A DNA stretch of 64,000 nt from the human T2T-CHM13v2.0 reference genome, Homo sapiens. Location of the stretch: NCBI RefSeq assembly GCF_009914755.1, contig NC_060928.1; one strand, 5' to 3'. Made by a program: the position numbers and the translations under genes. The notes under the pieces were generated by a model, which had not been told where the DNA came from, searched no databases, and saw only the letters and a program-made list of their open reading frames with translations. Each line of letters starts with the position of its first letter. The first letter of the stretch is position 1. Positions 12,791-25,779 of this stretch are shown here, piece after piece.

Positions 12791-15700
12791 TCACAACAGG
12801 CCTGTGGTGAGAATCTTCTGGCCGGGGCGGGGTGGGGAGCAGCAGCGTGAAGGAACCAGTAAACACACAGGTGCAGGCACACACACACCCACTCCCATGG
12901 AACATGCCGGTTGGTGACAAGGCCGTGGGGGGCTGGAGGGTGAGGAGGAGAGGGAGTAAGCATCTTGGGTGGGTTCCAGATGCCCCTCAGAGGGGTCCTG
13001 CTGCTCCCATCAGGGTCCCCTGCCCCCACCCCACGATGGGGGCTCACCCAGCTCTGTCATGCTGTCCGCAGGGGCCCCTGACAAGCTCAAGGCCAGAGGA
13101 GCAGAAGCGCTTGGCGGGCGGGGCTGGCCTGCAGGGTCCTACCCTCCCACAGGTGTGGGGCTGCGTCGGGACTGGCCCAGCTCGCGGGGAGCAGATGGGA
13201 GCTGCATCCACGCTTCGAGGCCAGTGGTCGGGCTGGGCCTGGCTCTGTGCCCCCTCTAGGACCGCAGGCGGCCCCATGCCCTCTCTGTCCCGGGCCCAGC
13301 AACCCTGGGGCTCTTCTGGGCCAGGGAGGTGGCCTCTTTACCCCCAGGGTTCACCCACAACCCCCACCCCAGATGGACAGGGGCCGCCTGGTGGGTGGTC
13401 CTGCACCAGGCCAGGCAGCCCGGGACACTGAGTGGGCCCAGGGTGGGGGTACCTTGCACACACACCGCGCTGGGGAGGCCTCGAGGAATCAGAAACACAC
13501 GGCCGAGCAGCCCAGTGCCACGCCACCGGTCCACAGGCGCTCACCCGCAGCCACCACCAGAGCAGACCCAGACAGCAGGGACCTGCCGGGCGCTCCTCCC
13601 TCCACCCGCACCATCCCTGCTGGGGACGTCCATCTGTGTCCCCACCACCCTGCCAGGCTCACTGGCTATCCAGGCCCGGAGGCTCCTGCCTGTGCACCCA
13701 GCTCTCCAGGTTAAGGTGCGCCTGCCAAGCAGGGAGCTGCTCCCAGGAGAGTGTCCCCTCCCCAGCCCGAACCTGTGGCCTGGAGGAGCTTGGCCTCCCT
13801 GAGGTCCACACCCGCAGAGCTCAGGGGCCTTTGTCACCCCCAATGCTGGTGATGAGGTGCAGGCCCCGGGACAAGGCCATGCTGCTCACTCGCCTCTGTG
13901 TGGTCAGCACTCTGGACAACCCAGCATGGGTGGGGATGGAGGCGGGCCCTCAGCATTGAGGGACTTCCTGGAGGTGGGGGCTCCTGAGCTGGGCCCCAGC
14001 GTGGGAGGGAGCATGGCCAGGCTGGGCCCTCTCCTAGAGGAGGCTGGGAATCCTGGTCAGTGCCCGACCTGCCCCACCTCTCAGCTGTCGAGAGGGTCCA
14101 CAGTGTTCCCCTGGGAGGCCACACCTGGCCGGAGGGCAGCCCAAGCTGGGCGGATTCAGGCTGGATCTCCCCCGCCCCAACGTGCCCACGGCACAGCTCA
14201 TTTCCCTCTGCGCCAGGTGCTGGCTCCTCTGCCAGGAACATGAGCTCATTTCACCCTCTCAGGCAGGGTAGGGCAAGGCAGACCCCAACCCACAGGCGAC
14301 GGGCCTTTCTGCCCCGCCCCAGGTAATCCACTCAGCTGGGGAACGGTGACCTCCCCTCAGCCCAGAGGGGCTCTGATTCGGGAGCCCAGGACAGCGGGCA
14401 GGGTCCTGCCGGGCAGCCGGATGGGCACGGTGCAGGCACAGGCTCAGGGGCAGCACAGGACGCCTGCCCCGCCCACCAGCCAGGGGTCAGGCCTCTGGAG
14501 ATCCCGGGGAGGGCGCCCTCCTCCACATAGGCCTGGGAAGAGGAGGGCGGGCGATGATGGTTGTTGTCGTTGACTCGCTTCTCCCACTTCTCCGAGCTCA
14601 GGCGGCAGAGGCCTGCCTCCTCACCAAGCAGGAAGCGCCAGGGGCTCTCCCCTCGGGCTGCCGGCCAGGCCTCCTCGGCATTTCTGGGAACCCCCTCCCC
14701 ACACGCCCAGAAAGCAGGAAGGCACCTCTGCCCCGAGCCCAGGCTTGTCTGGTCCCAGGTGCCCCTCCTCTGGCTGGGGGCCGCTGGGTGTGGCTGAGCT
14801 GCAGGGGTGGGAGAAGGCTTCCTGGAGGAAGTGCCCGGGGCCTCGCGGGGCACCAGCCTGTGGGGACTTGGGGTGCTGGTGGTGAGGCCTCTTGGCAAAG
14901 GGGAGGAGGCAGAGGAGATGGGAACCAGGTGGGGGGCTCTGGGGTCCCAGCTGGGGGCAGCACCCCCTTCTCTCCTGCTGTCCCCTTGTCCATGGCCAGG
15001 TCCTGGCCTGTCTTCTCACTGAAGTCCCCAAGCCCCCAACCTGAAACCCAGGCCCCTGACTCCACCCGCGAGAGGAGACACTCTCCAGGCCAGCCACCAC
15101 CCGATGGTGACAATCATAGACCAGTGACCTGGGGCTGCAGGAGGCCCCAGCCCTACCTCCAGCAAAGCCACAGGACCTGCACCCACTCCTGTGGAGACCT
15201 CAGAGGGAAGCGTGGCAGGGTCCCTGCCTGCTGGGGGCTGGGGGTGGGGGGTCTTAGAGGACTTCAGATCCCAGGAGCCCCTCCCTGGAAAAACCCACAG
15301 AGCAGTGCTGGCCCCACCTGGGAGCCCCGTCAAGCACTTCCTGTTCCCGGGCCCACGTGGAGGAGGGTGCCCTCCCAGGGATCTCCAGAAGCCGGAGACA
15401 GGCACCCTCCCCACTTTCCATCTGGGACCTGAAACTCCAGGGTCAGGGGCTCAGCATGTGGGCGGCAGCCCCTGGGCACTGGGACCCAGGTGGGTGCCCT
15501 GTCCCGGGACCCGAGTCAGAAGCAGCGAGTCTCCAGCCCGCGAGGGGGCCAGGTGTGGGGCGAGGGGCACCCGGGGGTGGCCTTGGACAGTGGCCTTTGG
15601 GGCCTGTGCTGTGGAGCATGCAATGGGGCTGGGGACTCTCAGCCCAGGGTGTGGGCACCAGACTGGCTTGGGGAAGTCATAGTGGGAGCCGCCACCGCCA

Positions 15701-18612
15701 GAGACCCAGGAAGTGGCCACTGGTCTCTGAGCCTCCACAGATAAGACTGGCCTGAGCCCAGCCGTGGCCACCCCCAGCCGTCACCGGGGCCATTGCCAGG
15801 TCAGGCATGCTGCCCCCAGCCCGACACCATGGGGAGTTGTGTGTCCCAGCCACCAGCTTGCTCCTCCCCGGCTGACTGCCCAGCCCCGTGCTCCTCCCCA
15901 GGGGGAGCCTGGCACCTGGAGTCCTCTGGACTTCAGGCACTGCTTCTGGCAGGTGGGAGGGGACAGCCAGTGAGGATCTGTCACCAGTCCTGAGGTGGGA
16001 CAGGCAGCTGGGGAGAGAAAAGTGGCCATCCTGGGGGCATGTGGGGAGGAGGGCTGGCGGAGCCCTGAGCCTACCACCCGGCACCCGGGAGAGCCCAGCC
16101 AGGCTCACAGCAGAAGCTGCCATCTCCTTGGGCCATGGAGCTGGGCCGCGTGTCTTTACTGGGGCCGCTTGAGGCCCTGAGACCTGAAGGGAGACAGGGG
16201 CTGTGATGGGGAAGCCTTGGACTCAGGCACAAGACAGCTGCTCTCAGCAGGGCTCTCCTGGGCGCCACCGCCCACAACAGGGAGAGGCCTACAGACAGCC
16301 CTGTGCTGGGGGGCTGGGAAGGTGGCTGCTGCCTGAGGCCAGGGAGGGGGACCTGAACACTGAAGGCTAAGGCAGGGGTGGAAAGCTCCCTGGAGGAGGT
16401 ATTCAGGCTGAGAGGCCTCAGAGCAGGTGTGGGCAGCCTCTAGGCAGCAGACGGCCAGGCAGGGCACAGATGGGAGAGATAGCTGCCGCTGGCTGTCCCA
16501 TGTGTGGCCTGGCCCTGTCCCGGACCCAGCACCTGCCCCACACCTGTCAGAGGGCTCCCCAGAGAGCAGCCACCAGTTCCCAAGGCTGAGGTGTGGTTTT
16601 CATCAGCCACTGAAGCCTGAGGCATAGCAGAGGCACTTAGGCTAGGGCAGGGGCCAGGCAGGAGCCAGCCACAGCGTTAGGTAGCCCTCCAGGGCCCCCT
16701 TGAACTCCAAATCTGCCCTGGGCCAGGGTGACTGTCAGATGGATCTCAGATGGGTCTTATCGGGGCATTCACCAAGGAGGCTTCCTGGGGGAGGTGGGGC
16801 CTGGAGGACAGAGAAGTAGAGGCCACGTTGGCACAGAGCAGGGCGGTCCACACGAGTTGGGCATGTCCTAGGAACTGGGCAAGGGCAGGCGTGGGAACAG
16901 GCCGGGTGCCTCCTGGGCAGCTCTGGGTCCAATCCTTGCCCCCCACCATGTAGCAACACCCCTGGAGGACACGGGGCAGTGGGCGCAGCAAAGCCCCACG
17001 CACTGGCCCCCACCGCCTCCTCTGTGCCACCAGCTTTCAGGGAAGCCACGAAGGCAGCCTGGGCGGGGGCCGGACGCCCTCCAAGTCCACGGCCCCCATG
17101 CCCAATCAGCACGATCCTATTTCATAACCAGCCTGGATTCTGCCCCAGCTGAGGAAGGAGCATAAAACCCAATATATTTTAATTATATCTTTGAGGGCCA
17201 TGAGCACAATCGTTTCCAGATGGGGGCCCCGCTGAGGGCCTCTCTGCCCGCAGGTTCTGGGCTAGGGGAGGAAGGGAGCACAGGCCACAGCCCACGAGGC
17301 CACAGGGCCCCGGACGCGGCTCCCGCCCAGCACTCGCCGCGGGGCCGCTGCCGAGCCGAGGCTGTGATTGGTCATGCTTTCCATCTGCAGATGGGGGAAC
17401 TGAGGCTTGGGGAAGCCGGCTTGGAGCTGACTTGTCGGGATGGTACCGCCAGAAGCAGAGAGGCTAGTGCCCCAACTTGGAGGCCCTTCCAGACTGGGAC
17501 ATCTGGGGGGTGGCCTCGCCCAGGCCCTAAAACGGGCCAGCCAGCTAGAGACCAGAGTGTCAGGATCTTGGGTCACACGCCCAGGCCCCGGGGGCAGGGG
17601 AGGCGCCCAGGCCATGCCGTGCCCATGGATGGGCCAAGCTGCCATGCCCCTGGGATGGCGCCGACTCTAGCCACATTCCAGGCAAGCGGGGGGCACATCC
17701 CTGAAGCCACAATGGCCCAGGCTGCCGAGTGGAACCTCAGAGCTGGACAGGGCCCCCAACACCCATGCTTCAGCTCCATCCAGGCTGGGAAAGTGCCTAG
17801 ACACCCCAGAGCCTTTTTCAGCCAGAGTGAAAACTGGGCCAGGCAGGGACCCAGTGGGGCTTCCCCGACCTGTTCAGGGACAACCTGGCCCCTGGCGGGG
17901 TGTGATACAGGCACAGCAATGGCGGCCCCTGGCTCCCACCCACAGCCAGGCAGAGAGATGGAAGGTCGCTGGGCGGTCAGCGATGGGGCCTTCGGAAGTC
18001 TGCTGGCTGATCAGATTTGCCCACTCGGCCTTCCCGGCTCTTCCTGTGGCGGAGGCAGGCCTGGCGTCTGCCCGGAACCCCTCCCTTCCCCAGCAAAGCT
18101 GCACCCCCACCCCAGGAGGGGCTGATGACTGAGCTCGAGTCCTGTGGAGGCAGGACAGCCACAGGACCCTGCCTGCGTGAGGACCCGGCACGGGTGGCGC
18201 AGCAAAGGCTGAGAGGGGCCGAGGCTCCATTCCTGCCTCTGTGCCAGCCTGAGCGGGAGCTCTGGCCCTGACCTGGGATAGAGGCGCCTGGGCATGGGCT
18301 CGGGGCTATGGAGTCCGCACCCCAGGCAGCCCCAGCTCACCCGCTGCCTGCCTCAGTGCCCCCACAATAAAATGGGCATACAGCAGAACAGAGGCCTGGC
18401 GACTGTACGGCGCGCCTAGGACAGGAGCCATGCCCACCGGGCACTGAGACCCTGCTCTCTCTCTCCTGACCCTGCTGTGGGTGGGGGATGATCCACCGCA
18501 AACCCCCACCTCTTGCTGCAGCCAAAGACCTAGAGGTGGCCCCAGCCCTGGCCTTGCTCCTTGCAATCCCCCACAGGGGCTGAAGGGATGAGAAGAACTT
18601 GGCCCTGGGGAA

Positions 18613-19152
18613 AGCCCGGCCCCCAGGGCCAGTGTGGGAGCACCGGGGTGCCCCAGGTCCTGGCCAGGCTGTAGCCCGGCCCCCAAGGCCAGTGTGGGAG
18701 CACCGGGGTGCCCCAGGTCCTGGCCAGGCTGTAGCCCGGCCCCCATGGCCAGTGTGGGAGCACCGGGGTGCCCCAGGTCCTGACCAGGCTGTAGCCCGGC
18801 CCCCAAGGCCAGTGTGGGAGCACCGGGGTGCCCCAGGTCCTGGCCAGGCTGTAGCCCGGCCCCCATGGCCAGTGTGGGAGCACCGGGGTGCCCCAGGTCC
18901 TGGCCAGGCTGTAGCCCGGCCCCCAAGGCCAGTGTGGGAGCACCGGGGTGCCCCAGGTCCTGGCCAGGCTGTAGCCCGGCCCCCAAGGCCAGTGTGGGAG
19001 CACCGGGGTGCCCCAGGTCCTGGCCAGGCTGTAGCCCGGCCCCCATGGCCAGTGTGGGAGCACCGGGGTGCCCCAGGTCCTGGCCAGGCTGTAGCCCGGC
19101 CCCCATGGCCAGTGTGGGAGCACCGGGGTGCCCCAGGTCCTGGCCAGGCTGT
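18613..19152. repeat. 60-bp VNTR, 9.0 near-perfect copies
   Basis: Unit AGCCCGGCCCCCA(A/T/G)GGCCAGTGTGGGAGCACCGGGGTGCCCCAGGTCCTGGCCAGGCTGT. One variable site plus a single G>A at 18783. Confidence 0.98.
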
Positions 19153-22100
19153 CCAGGGAGGAGTCCTGAGGGCCGGGCCGGTGGGCCAGTGGTGTCTATG
19201 CCATCCTCCTTCCTCTTGGTGCCCGCCTGGTGACCCCAAGATGGCCCAAGCGAGTGGAGGTGGGCAGGGGCAAGGACCTGCGATGCCCTGGGCTCCGTGC
19301 CTCTGGCCCAGGGGCACCCACAGCAGACGTGACCTCATCCTTGGGCCTCAGCCTGCTTGGAGCGGGAGGGGTGGGGGTGCCTACAGGGCCCCTTGAGGCA
19401 GGTGTGGGTGCTCATTCACACCGGGCTCCCCAGGGCTGGTGACCAGCTCCGTCCCACCAGAGATGGCCCCCAGGGCTGCTCCAGGCAGGGGGAGGTGGCA
19501 GCAGCACACTGCCTGTGCCAGGACCCTGGAGGCTGGGCTCTGGCTGTGGGTGCACCCCTGGGGCCCCAAAAATCACTAATGCCAGCGGCACAGGCAATGA
19601 TGCAGTGGATCCCCTTGATGGGTCCCCCTCCCACACCTGGCCGCCTGCCCTTGGGGTTTCATTTATGGAAGGGCTCAGAAAAGCCCACACACCTTCCAGT
19701 GCCAGCTCCCAGGATTCAGGGAGATGCTGACTTCCATTTCAACTCCCAGCTCCACGTCCACGCCTCCCACCTGCCCACCCACTTCCCATCCACCCATCTC
19801 CCTCCAGCTCCATACGTCCACCCTTTCTATGCCCCCATAATCCCCCCATCCCCCCACCCAACCCCCACCCCCACCCTGTCTCCACTCCTACCTCATCCCC
19901 ACCCCCACCCCAGCCCTCCCCCTTCTCCTGCCTTGAGCATGAGCATTCTGCCCTCTGCACACCAAGCGGCCACCCACAGACCTCTCGACTCCTCCAGGCC
20001 TCCGGCCACCGCCTCGTCACCTCGGTACCCCTCCCACCCGCCACTGACCCCCCCATCCTCCAGGGCCAGCCGAGTGCCCTTCCCCCAGGCACGCGGCCCA
20101 TCAGCCCCAAGTCCTGCACCACAGTCCCCGCCCCATTCTGTCACTCCTCCTGTCCGTCAGTCCGTCCGTCCATCAGTAAACATTTACTGGCCACGTTCAT
20201 TGTCCCAGGCATTTGGGGATGCAGCTGCATTCTCACCAAGCTCCCAGTCTGCCCCGGGGAGAAGGAAATACAGGCCAGGCAGCAGCTAGTGGTGATGGGC
20301 CTTCTGATGAAAGCGGGGGTGATGTGGGGGGCAGGAGGGTGACAGGAAAGAGCCAGTGGGGACAGCGGGCAGCAAGGCAAGAGGGCAGAAGGCTTGAGGG
20401 AGCCCAGTTGGACCTCGTGGGCACCTGCCGCGTGCTGTGCTGGTCTGAGAGCCAGAAGAGGAAGCTGAGGGCCCACTTGGGGCCACTGGGCATGGGCTGT
20501 GGGAGGGAACAGCGCTCCCATCTGTTGGGACCTGACGGGTCTCAGAGGACACTGCGTTCCCTGCCAGAAACCATCCCTGGGGCAGGGAGGGTAAGGCAGG
20601 CCCCGGCTGGAACGGGGCGGGGAGGGGAGCGGCACAGCCCCAGGTGCCTCAGCCTCAGCCTAGGGCTCTGGGGACGCCCAACCCGGACAGGCCTGGGCAG
20701 GTGGATGGAGGTGGGCTGATATCTTCATGACACCAGCAACTGCCCGGCTGATGCCCGCCACTACCTGGTGGCATCTGGCCACAGTGAGCACCGCAGAGCT
20801 CCAGCCATCCTGCATAGCTGCCTCAGCCCTGAGTCCAGAGCCACCATCAGGGAGGCCTCTCCTGTCTCGTGGTGAAGGGAGACTCAGTGTGACCTCGGTA
20901 CGCCAGCCCCTTCCCTGCACGTCCCAAAGCCACTGGCTCAGAAAGACCCTCCCTTCGGCTGCCAGGGCCCTGCCCGAGTGTGGGGCACTCCCAGGCCCTG
21001 GGCCAGCGGAAGCAGTTCCGGGAGACTGCGCAGGCCAGGAAAGCCCAGGTGGCCTGGGAGGTCAGCAGCCACTGGCAGGGTCCACCCCAGTCCACCCCAG
21101 GCCAGCCCTGTGCCCTCCTTTGCTGGGGTCTGGGCCGCAGGATACACGGTGGGGTGTGAGGCGGCGGCAGGTGAGGAGGGTCTCTTTCTTGGCCTCCCTG
21201 TAGCCCCGGTCAGCTGAAATAGAACTGGAGAAACACAAGAAGCTTGGCCGGGGCCCCCGGCAAGCAAGGGGGAGCGGCAGGCTCCTGGAGTGGGAAGTGG
21301 GGTCCTGGTGAGGTTCTGGGCCCACCACTCCATTCCCCTCCCTCTGGGTAGGCACAGAGTTGGGTGCGGGGGGGCGGGGAGAAGGCCCCTCCTTCCCTGG
21401 CACCCGCTCTGTTTGTCTCATTGGTGCCTACCTGTCCCCCAGGCCACAGGGCAGCTCACTGGGGAGAAGAGGGACCCAGGATCCTGAGGGGGTCAGGCCA
21501 GTTTCCACCCACCAGTCAGGCTCCCCAGAGCTGACCTCGGGCTGGCGCCCAGGGCCTACAGAGTCCCCTGCGCTTTCCCTGAGAAAGAAGGACCTGCCCA
21601 GGCTCTCAACAACCCACCCGGGCCCTTCTGGGCTGGGTTTCCAGGGCCCTTGTCCCACCCTTCCCCAGCTCCCAGAATGCTGGCCAGATAGACTGTGACC
21701 GTGTGACCAAAGCAAAGACAAACTGTGGCCGCCCCGGGCCCTGATTAGCAACAAATCCCAGGAAGTTTCCGCCCCACTTTCCGCCCCATCCTGAAACCCC
21801 ATCTCCGCAGCCCGACAGCTGTAATCCCACCAGTCACCCTTCGGGGCCGGGCCTGGGCCTCCAGCCCCACTGCACCTCAGCCTTCCCAGCTGGAGGGGGT
21901 CATGCCCCCACTTTAGGGACGAGTTGACCGAGGGGCCAGGAGCTGACCCTGCCCACGGAGGCCTCTCCACCTGGCGTTTGCTCTAACATGGGTGGAGACT
22001 CCCCACGGCTCCCAGCTTGGGAAGCCCTTCTGTGGCTGGGGCCGGAGCCCACGAACGCCTGGTGGCGCCCATGGGCCTGGTGGTAGGGGACTGTGAGAGA

Positions 22101-23469
22101 GCATGTGTTTCTTGAGGCCGCTCAGGTGCCCAGACAGCCTCCCAACTCTGGTGCCCCCAGGGTCCCCACCAAACTGGAATCTTCCCTCCACTCCCAGGAG
22201 GTGGGGCAGGCAGAGCCAGCCCAGCAGAGGCCCCCGGAAGCGTCAGGAACAACAGGAAAGGCAGCCGGGGCACAGGGACTTCCCACACTCGTAAGCAGGG
22301 TGACCCTGCACCCACCCCAGCTGGCTCTCCTTAGCCCTCCAGCTCCGGGAGCTCAGGGTAGGAGCAGGTAGGAGGGGCTGCAGGCATCAGCCTCAGGCCT
22401 AGGGGAAGTGAGATGACAGTCGACAGTCGGATGCTTCTCCAGCTAAGTGGTCCCTAGAACAGACGGGTACACTGAGGCAAAGTGTCCTGGGAGGGGCGAG
22501 AGGGTGACAGGCCCTGGGAGGACATTGTGGGCATCTGGTCAGTAGAGGCCACAGCAGGGTAGAGGGAGGCAGATACCCCGACCATGGCGGGGTGGACCGA
22601 CCCCTGCCGCAGGGCCAGGGGGCCAGGCTGATGGCAGTAGCCCAGGGGTGTGGGCAGGCAAAGCTCTCACCCATGGTTGGTTGGGCTGGGTGCGTCGGGC
22701 AGATGACTTAATCACAGGCGGGCTTTGTCCCTGGACACCCGCCCCCTGCCCGGATCCTCCGCCTGGTCACACGCCTCCCACCCCCACCCGGCTCCTAGCA
22801 GCCTGCAGCCGAGCACGAGGAATCGAGGACGGCGGGGGGCTCTCCACCCTCGCAGGGCCTGGGAACGGCTCAGGGGTGGCCGTGGGGTGCGGCCAGGGCG
22901 GATCTGTCCTGGGCTGGGCTCAGGGGATGCCCGCCCAGCCTGGCCCGTGCCAGCCCCCAAGGAAGGCATCCTGGGAGTGGCTCCAGGCTGGCATCCTGGC
23001 AGAGGAGGCGCCAAGGCTGGGGGCCAGGGGGCCGGGGGCTTTGTATGCTGCAGGCCCCCTTCTCTTCCTGGGGCCCCCACCCTCCCTGATCCTGTCAGAG
23101 CCTTAGAAAGTGAGACAAAGGCTCCGGGAGGCCCCGGGAGGGCCAGGACACAGGCAGGAGATGGAGTTATAATGACCGAGCTATAATGGTGGGAGGGGAG
23201 GCGGCACGTTAACCCTGTCGGTCCCTTGCACTGGGCCCACCTGACCTCCAGCCGGGCCCCCTCCCACCATGCAGCTGCCCCTCCCCCGCCCCCATCTCCT
23301 GTCACTGCCCCCGGAGACACTGGGAACAAAGTGAAAATCTTGCTCCAAAGAGATGCAAGCAAAGGTGTTCCGGGCCCCCAGCACTCCACCTGGGCAGCCG
23401 GTCACCCATTCCTCTGTGAGGTGCCGGGCAGGGTGCTGGCTAGACACTGCCCATGCAACCCGGTGCGCC

Positions 23470-24090
23470 TTGTCCACCCTGTCCGCCCTGCCTGCCCTGC
23501 CTGCCCCGTGTGCCCCACCCACCCCGTGCACCCTGTGCACCCCGTCCACCTCATCTACCCCGTGCACCCCGTCCACCCCGCGCGCCCCACGCGCCCCGCC
23601 CACCCTGCGCGCCCCACCCAGCCGGCGCACCCCGTCCGCCCCGTCCACCCCGTCCGCCCCGTGCACCCCGTCTACCCCGTCTACCCCGCCCACCCCACGC
23701 ACCCCGTCCGCCCCGTGCACCCCACGCGCCCCGCCCACCCTGCGCGCCCCACCCAGCCGGCGCACCCCGTCCACCCCGCCCACCCCACGCACCCTGTCCG
23801 CCCCGTACACCCCGCCCACCCTGACCACCCCACGCGCCCCATCCACCCTGTCCACCCTGTGCACCCCGTCCGCCCCGTCCAGCCAGCCCACGCCGCCCAC
23901 CCCATCCACCCCTTGCACCCCGCCCACCCCGCCCACCCCGCCCACCCCGTCTACCCCGTCCACCCCGTTCACCCCGCCCACCCCATCCACCCCATCGGCC
24001 CCATCCACCCCGTGCACCCCATCCACCCAGCCCACCCCGTCCGCCCCATCGGCCCCATCCACCCCGTGCACCCTGTCTACCCCGTCTACC
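23470..24090. repeat. 9-bp-periodic CpG-rich minisatellite (CACCCCGTC family) with higher-order duplications
   Basis: About 65 variant 9-mers. A ~47-bp block is repeated at ~23591 and ~23726, 135 bp (15 units) apart. Confidence 0.93.
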
Positions 24091-25779
24091 GTCACTTCCC
24101 TCTGCACTCTCAACTTTCCCGACTCCTGACCTTGGAGGAGCTGAACTCCGGCCTGGCCGGCTGTCTGCAGTGTGGGACCCTGTGCTCCTCCACGTGGGAG
24201 CCCCAGGGTGCCCGCTCAGTGGGGATCTGTACCCTGCCCCTCACAGAGATCTACCATGCAGAGGTGGGGGGAGCTTGGAGCCTTGGGGGCCACAGAACTG
24301 AGGCGGAGACCCTCCAGACCCCGCCACCTGCTCATTCCCTCATGTTCAGGGGCAGCCTAGGCCCCCAGCGGGCCTCCTGCCCACCTCCGTTTCCTTACCT
24401 CTGACTGGCTGGGCATGGGCTGGGATCTCAGGCTCCTTGGCACAAGTGGTTGACCCCGGGTCTGGAGCTGGGTGGCACAGGATGGAGGGTGTGGCATCTT
24501 GAGTGAAAGAAACCCTGAGGGAGAACCCCTGCCCCCCGACCCTCCACCCCTCACCCTCCCTCAAGACCTCAGACTTGCGTGGGACCTCGGCAGGCCCCTG
24601 GGTCCATTGAGCCTTGTTTGGTGGAGGGGCCAGACGTCCAGGGACCCAGTGTAGAAATCAGGAGTAGGTACAGGGGCCCAGTATGGAAATCAAGAAGCAG
24701 GTAGAAGGGTCCAGTCAGAGCCCCTGGGCCATCCACAGATGGCACTCAAGGGCCGGGGTCTGGAGGTGAACAGCCCCTACCAGGAGGCAAGCAGGCTGGG
24801 CCTGTCCATGCTGGGGAGACTGGGGGAGTGCCAGCCCTCACCCCAGGAAGCTCACAGCAGCCTTCAAGGTCAATGCCAAAGAGATGGAGGCCCAGAGAAG
24901 GCTCCTGCACTTGCCCCCGAGGTTCCAGGCTCCTGTTCAGGACCTGCTTCCTCTGCCTGCACCCCCCGACCCCGGCAGGCTCGGCACTGCGCAGGAGAGG
25001 TGCAGACTCCAGGACACAAGAGGTCCCCTTACCACGAGTCAGGGCAGAGGGCAGAAGGCAGGGCTTCTCTGTTCCTCTGCCCCTTCCCTTGGGAGCCCAA
25101 GCCAGGGAGACAGGAGGGTGTGGAACAGAGGGCAGTGTGCCTCACTGAGACCTGCAGGGGTCTAAACCTGGCAGAAGGGGAGCCAGGGCGGCACAGACAC
25201 TGAGTGAGTGAGATGCGTGTGTCTGGTGCGAGGTGTGCATGTGAGTGAGGGCAGCCGTGTGTGTGCCCGCCTGGGAGCCCGTGAGCCTGTGAAAACCCAC
25301 ACAGAGTGGGTGGGGCCAGGGGCTGCCCGGGTGGACCTCTGAGGAATGCCGGCACTGAGGCCTGCACCAGGAGCGACAGCCTCTCCGAAAGGTCACTGCA
25401 GGCCATAGCACATGCCGTCCGGGTCCCCGAGCTGTGGGTCACTAGGACCCCCAACCTCCATCCTCTAGCGGAGGTCTCTCCCACTCCTAAGAGGCCTGGT
25501 CCTGGTTGGAGCACCTCACCCCTTCCCCACGCCCCCTCGGGTGGGGGTCCCGGGGTGGGGGTCCCAGGGTGGGGGTGACCTTAACAGGGGTCCCACACGC
25601 ACTGGCCACTCAAAGAGCACGCAAGCTGCCATTCGGAGGGCAGAGATGCCTGGCCTGAAGTGCACATGCCTCCACCTGGGATCCCCAGACTGCACCATGT
25701 TTCCTGGGCCCTGACTCAAGCCATCGTGTCCTCGGAGGAAACCTGGGTCCCACTGAACAGAGAGAGAAACTCCAGCGCC

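Noticed and set aside
18306-19396. 20-aa repeat proteins on both strands; superficial CRISPR-like periodicity
   Set aside because: By-product of a 60-bp unit (a multiple of 3). There are no unique spacers or cas genes, and the DNA is human.
23269-23334. Kozak-like CCACCATG upstream of the 9-bp repeat
   Set aside because: Its frame stops after about 21 codons and does not enter the repeat.
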